Shown: positions 47,707 through 55,892 of the stretch, piece by piece
Layout: each line of letters opens with the position of its first letter
Numbering within the stretch: the first letter of the stretch is position 1
The notes under the pieces: generated by a model
Database searches by the model: none
The model's input: only the letters and a program-made list of their open reading frames with translations
What the model was told of the DNA's origin: nothing
Made by a program: the position numbers and the translations under genes
Source of the DNA: an uncultured virus (IMG/VR IMGVR_UViG_3300037419_001565)
Taxonomy: Duplodnaviria; Heunggongvirae; Uroviricota; Caudoviricetes
IMG/VR virus record: IMGVR_UViG_3300037419_001565
Length of the DNA: 64,000 nucleotides
Direction: 5' to 3' (one strand)

Positions 47707-48140
47707 TAAGCCAAGATCCTCTTTAGGCGGATGGTCGCAACACAACCCGCGAGGTTCGTGAGAGTACCCGCAAGCTTGAGGCCCAGACGATCACCGCCAC
47801 CGAGTTTCAGCGCAGCCGCGTCACCGCTCAAAACAGTGCCACTGGCGACGGTATTTGCGCTGCCTGAGAGCGCCACAGTACCCGTCAGCATGGCCGTACC
47901 CGAACCAGGAGCCGTGGTGCCGGTCAACTTTTCAAGCTGAAGCGTGCCCGAGGTCGAGGCGGTTCCAAACACAACATCAATGCCCACGAGCTGATAGGCA
48001 TCGCCTGCGGGACAGATGAACAGAGAGCGTGAAACGTCGGTTGCAGAAATGGTGATGTTTTTTAGGGAAACGGTCGGAATCAGGTTGCCATTGACTGATG
48101 CACCTGAACCGAGTGCCGGAGTTGAATTTTGAAAGAGCAT
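47706..48140 (-). CDS. beta-sandwich putative virion decoration protein
   Basis: 144 aa, Gly/Thr-rich, AAGGA RBS. Confidence 0.55.
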   Translation of the reverse strand: MLFQNSTPALGSGASVNGNLIPTVSLKNITISATDVSRSLFICPAGDAYQLVGIDVVFGTASTSGTLQLEKLTGTTAPGSGTAMLTGTVALSGSANTVASGTVLSGDAAALKLGGGDRLGLKLAGTLTNLAGCVATIRLKRILA

Positions 48141-48153
48141 TGTGTTTTATTCC

Positions 48154-48351
48154 TTATTTTTTGGTTTTGATCTCCGAGCGGAGGATCAAATCCTCACCCG
48201 GCTTTGCCACTGAATGTTCACTGGCGAAGGTCTCTCCGCAATCCACGCACATTCCCAGAATCACGGCGACTCCTGAAGCGGGAACTCCCACTACATCGCA
48301 GCAGTGGAATCTGTGCGGGCCTTTGCAGATGAATTTGTTTTGAGGTTTCAT
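48154..48351 (-). CDS. small Cys protein
   Basis: CVDCG motif. Confidence 0.45.
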   Translation of the reverse strand: MKPQNKFICKGPHRFHCCDVVGVPASGVAVILGMCVDCGETFASEHSVAKPGEDLILRSEIKTKK

Positions 48352-48353
48352 TG

Positions 48354-49877
48354 TTAAAAATACGAGTTATGTTGCGCGTTATGCTTCACTATTCCACCGC
48401 GAAATTCACGCGAGCGAAGGTGAGGCTTGCGTCCGTTCATGTAACCGAGAGCCATTCCGATGCACTGCAAAATATCGTCATTACCTTTAGCCGGTCGATC
48501 CTTACTCAACCCTTTTAGCCTGCCTCGTGCATGGAAGTCGTAGGTATATGTCTCGATCTCATCTACGAACTTGTGATTGTCATCGAAAGCAAAGAACTTC
48601 GGATGACGTGCATTTGAATCTGTGGTCGCGTTCAAATACTCGTTGAAGATGTCCCGACCATACTGCTCATCGAATTGCGGAAACCGACAGTTGATTCCTG
48701 ACATCGCGTAGAGGTCTTTACAAGTGCGATGAGATTCCGCATTCTTCTGATTTCCACCACGCGGGTCAATCAACCACAGGTCAATCACGTTTCCTGAATA
48801 GAGGGTGCTTAGGTTCTTCGCGTGTTCGCTGACGATTAAATCTCGTTCCTTGTATTCCAAATCGAGATACGCATCTCCATTCGGAGCAAAAGCGATTGAG
48901 CAACTTCCTGTGGGTCCGGTAGGTGCAGGGTCAATCACATTCAGCCTGTACCACTCTTTCGGAATCGTGAAGCGTTTTACCAAGTGCGTGTTTCGATTGA
49001 ACGCTTTGAAGACCAGCCCAGCTCGGGAGATAAACTCCCCGTAAATTCGCGCCCTACCTTCAGGATCACCATTAAGCCATCTCGCCTTCAGCCGCTCTTT
49101 CTCGTCCTCAGGAATATGCGGATTATCGAGAACCGAGAGCGAAACAAATCTCACATCCTTCCGACCCGCCTTCCATTCTTGATGGAGGTCAAACACCCAC
49201 GGTTCGCGGGCGGCGGAGTTGATGTCGTTCAAAGGAGTGAGAGTGATGAGAATCTTTCCATTACAGTCAATCGTGCGCTGGAAGATTTCATCGTAGATGT
49301 CCTTGTTCGGCTCCTCATCAATCCACGCCCAATCGACCGAGGCCGCTTGAAACTTCTCACGTCCTGCTTCAGCCGACTTGCATTGGAGAATGCTTCCGTC
49401 AGCGTGAATGATCCGCGACTCATATTCGCTGACCTTCGCAATCACGCTCTCATCGAGCTTAGGAATCAAGCCAGGATGGTTTCTTCCTGTCAGGAGTTTC
49501 TCCTGCAGGATCACATCCCTGACGATGTTGTAATCAAGTCCAGTCGCCCAAATGATCCGAGGCTTGTTTTCATCGGGAAGCGGGACATCCTTTACCAAGT
49601 CCCACGAGGGTTCATCTTTGAAATAACTTTTACCGAGAAAGGCGGCGGTGGTGAGGAAGGCACCTAATTCCGTTTTTCCGCTCCGGTTGCCTCCTAGGAG
49701 GCCGAAAACTTTTAACTCCGGTGTGAACTGCGCGATTGCTTCCTGCTGTGCAGGAGTAGCTTGCCAGTATCGAGCGAAATGCTCCTTCTTCCGCTTTTCT
49801 TCGAGAGCCAAAATCGCCGCCAACCGTTCATCGGCTGGGAGGCGGCTGAGTTGGCTGAGGGCTGCATCGAGGGACAC
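48354..49877 (-). CDS. terL: terminase large subunit
   Basis: GGNRSGKT, WIDEEP, TLTP, VIDPA and DD nuclease residues. Confidence 0.92.
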   Translation of the reverse strand: MSLDAALSQLSRLPADERLAAILALEEKRKKEHFARYWQATPAQQEAIAQFTPELKVFGLLGGNRSGKTELGAFLTTAAFLGKSYFKDEPSWDLVKDVPLPDENKPRIIWATGLDYNIVRDVILQEKLLTGRNHPGLIPKLDESVIAKVSEYESRIIHADGSILQCKSAEAGREKFQAASVDWAWIDEEPNKDIYDEIFQRTIDCNGKILITLTPLNDINSAAREPWVFDLHQEWKAGRKDVRFVSLSVLDNPHIPEDEKERLKARWLNGDPEGRARIYGEFISRAGLVFKAFNRNTHLVKRFTIPKEWYRLNVIDPAPTGPTGSCSIAFAPNGDAYLDLEYKERDLIVSEHAKNLSTLYSGNVIDLWLIDPRGGNQKNAESHRTCKDLYAMSGINCRFPQFDEQYGRDIFNEYLNATTDSNARHPKFFAFDDNHKFVDEIETYTYDFHARGRLKGLSKDRPAKGNDDILQCIGMALGYMNGRKPHLRSREFRGGIVKHNAQHNSYF

Positions 49878-49947
49878 GGGAGGAGTGGGTGAGTTGTTGA
49901 GATTGAAAGGTTTTGAGGGAGATGAAAAGGAGGTCTAGCCTCCCTTT

Positions 49948-50250
49948 CTATTGAATTCCGAGTGCGACTTTGCTACGACCGAGATGACGATCAGCGGAGT
50001 AGAGAATTGAACGAAGTGAACGAAGACGTTCAATCACTGTAGGAATCGCCTGTCCTGATTGAGTACATGCAGGCTCCGGCTCAATTCCTTGCACGTTTTC
50101 AGCCACCAATCGTGCAGTGTTCTCGACCGAATTTGCAACACCGAACAACTCACTAATGAGGGCTTCGATAGTTTCTTGTTTAGGGACGATGGCATTTTGA
50201 AGACCACTAAAATTGGTCGGAACCGCCCCATAATCTGCTTGCTTGTACAT
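49948..50250 (-). CDS. hypothetical protein
   Basis: AGGAG RBS, ATG. Confidence 0.55.
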   Translation of the reverse strand: MYKQADYGAVPTNFSGLQNAIVPKQETIEALISELFGVANSVENTARLVAENVQGIEPEPACTQSGQAIPTVIERLRSLRSILYSADRHLGRSKVALGIQ

Positions 50251-50558
50251 CTAAATTCTCTCCTGCATCTGGATGATGCCGATTTGAAGCTGTATGAATG
50301 AGCAGGAGAAGATTGATTCCCGTCGCCAGAGGACTCCCGATTCTCCACCTCTGGATGAAGCTTTTCACGGTGGCCTACCGTGTCGAATGCTTCTCAGCCC
50401 TGCGGTAGCTACGCCGCAAAACCTTAGCGTCTCAATTTGTGGATCGTTTTCTTTCCGCCACAACAGGAAACTGGCTGTTTAGACTCTCCGCCATGAGTAG
50501 GCTGCGCCAATACTCCCCAGCTATACGCTTCTTCGAGAGGCGTGGATGAGTGTGTTAC

Positions 50559-50593
50559 TTAATTAGACTGCTGAAACCTGTCATCGACTTCAC
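50559..50593 (-). promoter_or_regulatory. phage ECF-type promoter (motif B)
   Basis: Reverse complement GTGAAGTCG-N16-GTCTAATTAA. Confidence 0.8.
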
Positions 50594-51025
50594 CTTTACC
50601 AAGGAAAATTATTCATCATCCTCATCTTCCTCAATCGGCGTGATGAACCCAATCGCAGGGGGTCTTTCCTTAATCAGCTCACTCACCAGCTTTGCCAATC
50701 GGGAGTCGATCATGCGCGTGAGGGCAGCTTTCTGGCGGGGGTTGAAGGGAGGGCGTTTGGGCACGGTAAGTGAGATGGAAAGGTTTTTAGGGAGATGTTA
50801 TTCAGCGGCGAATAGTTCGCAGAGGCAGTTGTTGATGCGCTTGTTGTGACGACCGGAAGGGCATCTATCCCCGATGGGGATCTCAGCCGCAGGCCCACCG
50901 AACTCCTGCACCTCGGGGCGCGAGGAGGACTTGACGATTGGATAATTGGAGAAAGTGGAGTTTAAGAATTTCGTCATTTGTCAACCCTAGGTATACAAGT
51001 CCATCTCCCTGTAAACCTTTCAATC

Positions 51026-51472
51026 TCAATTCGGCAGTTGGGTGAGATCCACCGCCTGCTCGCCCTCACCCTTCAACTTGCGCTTCATCGCGTCGATGTC
51101 CTTCGCGCTCAGGCCCGCAAACACGTTGATGGCTGATTCCGCCCCCACATGCCCTTCGGCCTTCAAAATATTCATCCCTACATTCGCGGCCTTCTCCCAG
51201 GCGTCGTCGTTCATAAGCCGGTCCATACAAATGACCATCTTCCCGATGGTGGTGTTCTTGTCCCGCTGGGGATCGGTCGCAATCTCCTTCGCAATCTGAT
51301 TTCGGCGCTGGTAGAGGACTTGTTGGAAAGCCGGATTGAGGGAGAGTTTCTTAGCTTCTTCGTCTCGGAGTCCCAAGCCCAGCTCGACGGAAGCCTGCCA
51401 AACGGTCTGGTTGTTCCTGACCATCTGTTCGGCGAGGCGGGCGAAGTAGGGTTCTTCTTTGCGGGGAGCCAT
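51026..51472 (-). CDS. probable terminase small subunit
   Basis: 148 aa, helical, upstream of terL; C-terminal GLSAKDIDAMKRKL. Confidence 0.55.
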   Translation of the reverse strand: MAPRKEEPYFARLAEQMVRNNQTVWQASVELGLGLRDEEAKKLSLNPAFQQVLYQRRNQIAKEIATDPQRDKNTTIGKMVICMDRLMNDDAWEKAANVGMNILKAEGHVGAESAINVFAGLSAKDIDAMKRKLKGEGEQAVDLTQLPN

Positions 51473-51477
51473 TCATT

Positions 51478-51512
51478 CTAATTAGACAGTTGAAACACTG
51501 ATCCGACTTCAC
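51478..51512 (-). promoter_or_regulatory. phage ECF-type promoter (motif B)
   Basis: Reverse complement GTGAAGTCG-N16-GTCTAATTAG; ATG follows within 6 nt. Confidence 0.8.
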
Positions 51513-51997
51513 CTGTCCTGAACTATTTCTTTGGCTTTATGAGGACAGATACCCTTGTTGTGGTATTTCCCCAAGTTACAGTTCCAACAGAGGATCTGGA
51601 AACGCTCCGATGGATAGTGATTATCGACAATCCACTTTGCCAAACAGCTAATTTTCTCTTTTCTACGGTGCTCGGCTCCATCGTTGTAAACGTGGTCGAT
51701 AGTGAGAAAACGAGAATCTTTGATTCCGCAACACCGACACCATTTGCCGTAGTGGTTAAAGACCTTGTTTCTATAGCGTTGAGAGGCTTTGGTCGGATAT
51801 TCGATGTAGTTCTCGACTGCGGTCTTCAGCACTTCCTCTTCACGCTTCCGCTTTTCTTCGATCCGCCTGACACCTTCTTCAACTTGCTCCGGCGTGTATT
51901 CCACCTGGCCTCGGTTCGACCACCTCTCTTTGAACTCCAAACACTTCTTTAAATGCTGTTCCGGCGTCTTTGCGCCAAATAAGTACTTACGTGCCAA
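51509..51997 (-). CDS. HNH endonuclease
   Basis: CRCCG...LTIDHVYNDG...LCWNCN; TTG start after GGAGG. Confidence 0.85.
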   Translation of the reverse strand: MARKYLFGAKTPEQHLKKCLEFKERWSNRGQVEYTPEQVEEGVRRIEEKRKREEEVLKTAVENYIEYPTKASQRYRNKVFNHYGKWCRCCGIKDSRFLTIDHVYNDGAEHRRKEKISCLAKWIVDNHYPSERFQILCWNCNLGKYHNKGICPHKAKEIVQDR

Positions 51998-52013
51998 TGA
52001 TTTAACCCTCCTG

Positions 52014-52048
52014 CTAATTAGACAGCGTAAAAGGGAGCATGACTTCAC
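52014..52048 (-). promoter_or_regulatory. phage ECF-type promoter (motif B) heading the late arm
   Basis: Reverse complement GTGAAGTCA-N16-GTCTAATTAG. Confidence 0.78.
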
Positions 52049-52183
52049 CTAATTAGAGGAAAAATACACACTAAAACCTTTGATATTAGCTATTTGCAAA
52101 TATTTCAAAATTGGAATTTTTGTCGGAGCCAAGGAATCCATTATCTTGAGCCGTTCTGATCGGGCGGAAAGCCGTAACCTACA

Positions 52184-52327
52184 GAAAACAAAAGACTTAG
52201 CTAACTTGTTGATTCTAAAGAAAGCGATGAAAACAAAGGACTTAGAAGGTACAATAAGGTACTCTCCAAACCCTTTAGAATCAATGACTTAGTATTTAGA
52301 GCTATCTTGTTGAAAACAAAGGACTTA
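52184..52327. repeat. cluster of IHF-like/AT-rich repeats
   Basis: GAAAACAAARGACTTA three times; WATCAANNNNTTR matches at 52202-52214 (-) and 52279-52291 (+). Confidence 0.65.
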
Positions 52328-52404
52328 CACGCGACACAATTTTTGAGCGGATCCTCTGGCCCGTCTCCCAACAAAGAAAATTAACTATCCGCATAACTTT
52401 TCTG

Positions 52405-52434
52405 TTGACAAGGCAACATAAGGGGGAATATAAG
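52405..52434 (+). promoter_or_regulatory. sigma70-like early promoter
   Basis: TTGACA-N18-TATAAG; similar TTGACA boxes at 55107, 56969 and 62976. Confidence 0.6.
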
Positions 52435-52641
52435 TATCTCAGTAAGTGAGCAAACGGTAATGAAAGGACACAGCCAATGAACCCTCAGGAACTACAACAC
52501 GAACGGATCATGGCTTATGCCATTGGTGACATGCGAGCTGACTGTGAAGAGTGCGGCAAGCCGTGCCCAGTACAGCTCAGCCGTTGCGCTGATTGTGCGG
52601 AAACAAGTTTTTCGTGCTGTGCGGATACAAGTAATTAACCA

Positions 52642-52691
52642 GACCGAAACGCCCTTGGGCGTCCGCACGTTAAGCGTGCGCTGATGAGGTC
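52642..52691 (+). ncRNA. hammerhead ribozyme (type II permutation)
   Basis: GACC-GAAA-CGCCC(TT)GGGCG-TC^-CGCACG(TTAAG)CGTGCG-CTGATGA-GGTC: complete core and three stems. Confidence 0.9.
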
Positions 52692-52697
52692 AAAGAA

Positions 52698-52892
52698 ATG
52701 AAATGTCAAGAATGCAAAACACGGCGCACGAGACGCGGTGAGCGTATTTGTGATGGATGTGCGTCGAAGGGGTTGGATGTGACGTTGTTGAAGCTGTACG
52801 GCAAAGCGCTCAAAGCGTTTCCTAGTAGCCCCAAACAACAAGAGATTAACGGCGAGATCACAGCGCGACTAGCAGAGTTGGGGCGTGCATAA
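52698..52892 (+). CDS. small Zn-finger protein
   Basis: CQEC...CDGC. Confidence 0.55.
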   Translation: MKCQECKTRRTRRGERICDGCASKGLDVTLLKLYGKALKAFPSSPKQQEINGEITARLAELGRA

Positions 52893-53081
52893 ATGACAGT
52901 TTCCCTGCTTTACATCACAGACAAAACAGGCAATCGCTTCTGGAAAACAACCGTCACCACTGATTACGCGCAAGGCGAACGGAACAACTTGCAGCAACGT
53001 CTTACGCAAATCAAGAATGGTAATCCCGCGTTTGCGTTCATTGATTCAGAATCAGCGCAAATCGTAGAAGAAACTAACTAG
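52893..53081 (+). CDS. hypothetical protein
   Basis: Abuts upstream stop. Confidence 0.55.
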   Translation: MTVSLLYITDKTGNRFWKTTVTTDYAQGERNNLQQRLTQIKNGNPAFAFIDSESAQIVEETN

Positions 53082-53164
53082 CAGCCCACCAGCTGTAAAC
53101 TACAACCCACCGCTTAGGCGGTCCAATAAATCGAGCGGGCAGCTCGTTAAACACGGAGACAAAT

Positions 53165-53893
53165 ATGAGCTATAACGGATGGTCAAATCGCGCAACCTGG
53201 AATGTTTCACTCTGGCTTAGCAACGATGAACCCCTCTACCACGAATTACAGTCTGTGATTCGTCGCGCCTCAGACGTTGAAGATCTTGCAGAGAAAATCG
53301 AGGAACTGGCCAAAGCAGTATGGCCGAACGGCAAGACTCCCGATGGTGACAAGATCGCTGATGCCGATTTCGCGGAAATTGCCGAATCTGAGTGGCGCGA
53401 CTCTGATCGCGCCGGGGAGGATGCCGACAAAGATGATCCCAGCGAAGCCACACGTCAAAACATTAAGACTTTTGCCGAGTCCAACGGATTACTCTTTACC
53501 GCGCATCGCGTGAACGAGCGTCCCGATGGATTAGGCGCAAGCATGACGCGGCATTTCCGCTGCTCGATCATCAACCAAAACAACGGCAAGGCAATGAGCC
53601 TGTATTTCTCGCAAGGCTCGGCACATGTGAAAGCACCAACGCTAGAGGATGTGTTGGATTGCCTCGCGTCTGATGCGGCTAGCATTGAAAATTCAAAACC
53701 CTCAGACGAACATCCAAGAGCCATTTACAGCGACACGGCTTTTGAGAATTGGGCTACTGAATTTGGCTATGATCCCGACAGTCGCAAAGCTGAGAAAATG
53801 TATAAGGCCACTCGACGACAAGCCGAACAACTCAAACGCACCATCGGACCAGAGGCTTACGATCAACTGCTCTGGCATACCGAGCGGCTTTAA
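53165..53893 (+). CDS. hypothetical early protein, apparently two fused domains
   Basis: YNGWSNRATWNVSLW N-domain; PTLEDVLDCLASDA...FGYDPDSRKA C-domain. Confidence 0.7.
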   Translation: MSYNGWSNRATWNVSLWLSNDEPLYHELQSVIRRASDVEDLAEKIEELAKAVWPNGKTPDGDKIADADFAEIAESEWRDSDRAGEDADKDDPSEATRQNIKTFAESNGLLFTAHRVNERPDGLGASMTRHFRCSIINQNNGKAMSLYFSQGSAHVKAPTLEDVLDCLASDAASIENSKPSDEHPRAIYSDTAFENWATEFGYDPDSRKAEKMYKATRRQAEQLKRTIGPEAYDQLLWHTERL

Positions 53894-53919
53894 CATCTCC
53901 CATAAAACCTTTCAATTAA

Positions 53920-53946
53920 AGCCCCAGCTCCCCCGGCTGGGGTTTT
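53920..53946 (+). terminator. intrinsic terminator
   Basis: GCCCCAGC-loop-GCTGGGGT-TTT. Confidence 0.65.
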
Positions 53947-53984
53947 GCGCTTACGCGCACAAGTGAAAATAAAAGGGAGGATAT

Positions 53985-54015
53985 GTGAAGTCGATTAGGT
54001 GTTTGGAGAGTCTAA
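53985..54015 (+). promoter_or_regulatory. phage ECF-type promoter (motif B)
   Basis: GTGAAGTCG-N16-GTCTAA. Confidence 0.78.
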
Positions 54016-54055
54016 CTATATGTAGGACTAAAATTCCATATAGCAGGCTCTATAA

Positions 54056-54364
54056 ATGAAACCCAACAAATCACTATTACGTGCATTCACCATTCCCCCT
54101 GAAATCAGCAATGCCCTAGATCAAATGGCCGCAAGCGACGGGCAAAACAAATCCGCCTGGATCACACACCTGATTAAACAGGAACAGGACCGGCGCACCG
54201 AAGATCCTAAAGACATCGGCCAATACACATTCACACTCCCATATCTCGCCATCCAAGACCTAGACACCCTGGTTCGGGCGTACAAATCTGACCGATCTAC
54301 GATGGTGCAAATAGCCATCATGGAAGAGATGAACCGTTTCCTGCTCAAAAAGCAAGGTCGCTGA
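54056..54364 (+). CDS. tandem ribbon-helix-helix DNA-binding protein
   Basis: AFTIPPEISNALDQMA...KSAWI and YTFTLP...DRSTMV. Confidence 0.65.
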   Translation: MKPNKSLLRAFTIPPEISNALDQMAASDGQNKSAWITHLIKQEQDRRTEDPKDIGQYTFTLPYLAIQDLDTLVRAYKSDRSTMVQIAIMEEMNRFLLKKQGR

Positions 54365-54591
54365 GGTCTCTTAATCTCTCTTAAACCCCCTCTTCTTTTC
54401 TAGAAAAAAGAACAAAAATTGACGATATATAAGAGAAGCGAGGGAGTGTTACGTGGAATCAACAACTTAGAGACATAAAACAAGGAAAATAACTTTAAGC
54501 TTTACGTACAATTTCGGTAGATTCTACCTACAATCTACCGAAAACATACCGAAATTCTACCGAAATCTTCGGTAGATTTTACCGAAACGAA

Positions 54592-55080
54592 ATGGCTCAA
54601 AAAGAAAAACTAACCCTTAATCTCACTTCCGAAACCGTCAACCAACTACGCCAGCTCGCGGAGATGGATCAAAAATCTATGTCCGGCTGGATCGTGGATG
54701 TGATTGTGCGAGAAGCACGCGAACGCAACGTGCAGGCTATTAAGCTTGACCTGAAAAAGAGCAAGATTGACAAAGCCAACAATCCGAACCCAGCCGGTCG
54801 CCAGGGTATGACCAAACAGGATAAGTGGGGCAAAGAACGCGCAGAGAATATCCACCAATGGCTCAAAGACCAACATGAGATGTGGGGGAAAGATAATCCC
54901 GAACTATACGAACGCGATTACAAGCCTTACGGCGAGTGGGTGGATCTCATGGAGCGCAAGCGCAACTACCGCGCCATTTTCGACTTCTGGGAGACACGAC
55001 CGCTCCAAAAAGAGAACCGGCCCAAGTCGCTAGCCTTTGTCCTTCAACAACTTAGCGAACTTGGACAAAATCCCTCTTAA
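54592..55080 (+). CDS. RHH-domain protein
   Basis: KLTLNLTSETVNQLRQLAEMDQKSMSGWI. Confidence 0.65.
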   Translation: MAQKEKLTLNLTSETVNQLRQLAEMDQKSMSGWIVDVIVREARERNVQAIKLDLKKSKIDKANNPNPAGRQGMTKQDKWGKERAENIHQWLKDQHEMWGKDNPELYERDYKPYGEWVDLMERKRNYRAIFDFWETRPLQKENRPKSLAFVLQQLSELGQNPS

Positions 55081-55170
55081 AATCCTCCTTATCCTGCATT
55101 TTTCTCTTGACAACGGGCTACGCCCGAGCGTAATGTTTGCATCTAACAGGGAGAATAAGGGGGAAGATAA

Positions 55171-55461
55171 ATGACAAGCACAGTACAAGATGCCGTGACG
55201 CTGAGCCGCAAAGAACTGCAAACGCTTTTCTACCCAGGACGAGAGATTCGCCTTGTGTCGTGCTTACTCGGTGGCGTGTCGCCCGACAATCAATATCGCA
55301 AGGTATTAGAGCAAAAATCGTTTGGCTACATCATGCAAAAGGCAAGCGGCTCAAAGAGCTGGCTACGCTTCGAGACCGGCGACACCATCACTTTCTGTGA
55401 CGCCTTGGTTTCGATCATCAGCAAAACAGGTGAATTGCAAGCACAGTACAGCCTCGCATAA
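55171..55461 (+). CDS. hypothetical protein
   Basis: Purine-rich RBS downstream of TTGACA promoter. Confidence 0.6.
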   Translation: MTSTVQDAVTLSRKELQTLFYPGREIRLVSCLLGGVSPDNQYRKVLEQKSFGYIMQKASGSKSWLRFETGDTITFCDALVSIISKTGELQAQYSLA

Positions 55462-55637
55462 AGGAGCAAACTCACATGTCCAATCTCTTCGCAACCCTCT
55501 ACATCTACCGCTGCGGCACCACTTTGAAGGGATCGCAGAGGGTGAATCATTATCGTTCGCGCCTGAGTGGGCAGCATTGGGCTGTGAGGGAACTTGGCGG
55601 TTTCTGTCTGATTTGAGATTGAAAGGTTTTATGGGAG

Positions 55638-55847
55638 ATGAATATGCCACACGAAAAATACGAGCCTGACTTCAGCGGCGAAGATTGCTTCATCAACTAT
55701 TACGAATGCCCGCGCTGCCACGAAAAATGGACGGACACTTGGAGCTGCCAAGCAGATGACGACTGCCCAAAGTGTGGCTTCCGGCACGTTTCGCCGTATG
55801 ACTCTGAGGACATTCTTAACCGCGAGGATCAGGAGAACGAATCTTAA
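55638..55847 (+). CDS. small Zn-ribbon protein
   Basis: NYYECPRC...WSC...DDDCPKCG; bracketed by inverted motif A. Confidence 0.7.
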   Translation: MNMPHEKYEPDFSGEDCFINYYECPRCHEKWTDTWSCQADDDCPKCGFRHVSPYDSEDILNREDQENES

Positions 55848-55892
55848 CCATCATCTCCCCGAAAAACCTTTCAGCCACCGCACGGGCCACGA

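Noticed and set aside
53082..53155. Pistol- or twister-like ribozyme (two hairpins followed by TTAAACA)
   Set aside because: The required pseudoknot partner and catalytic residues could not be placed
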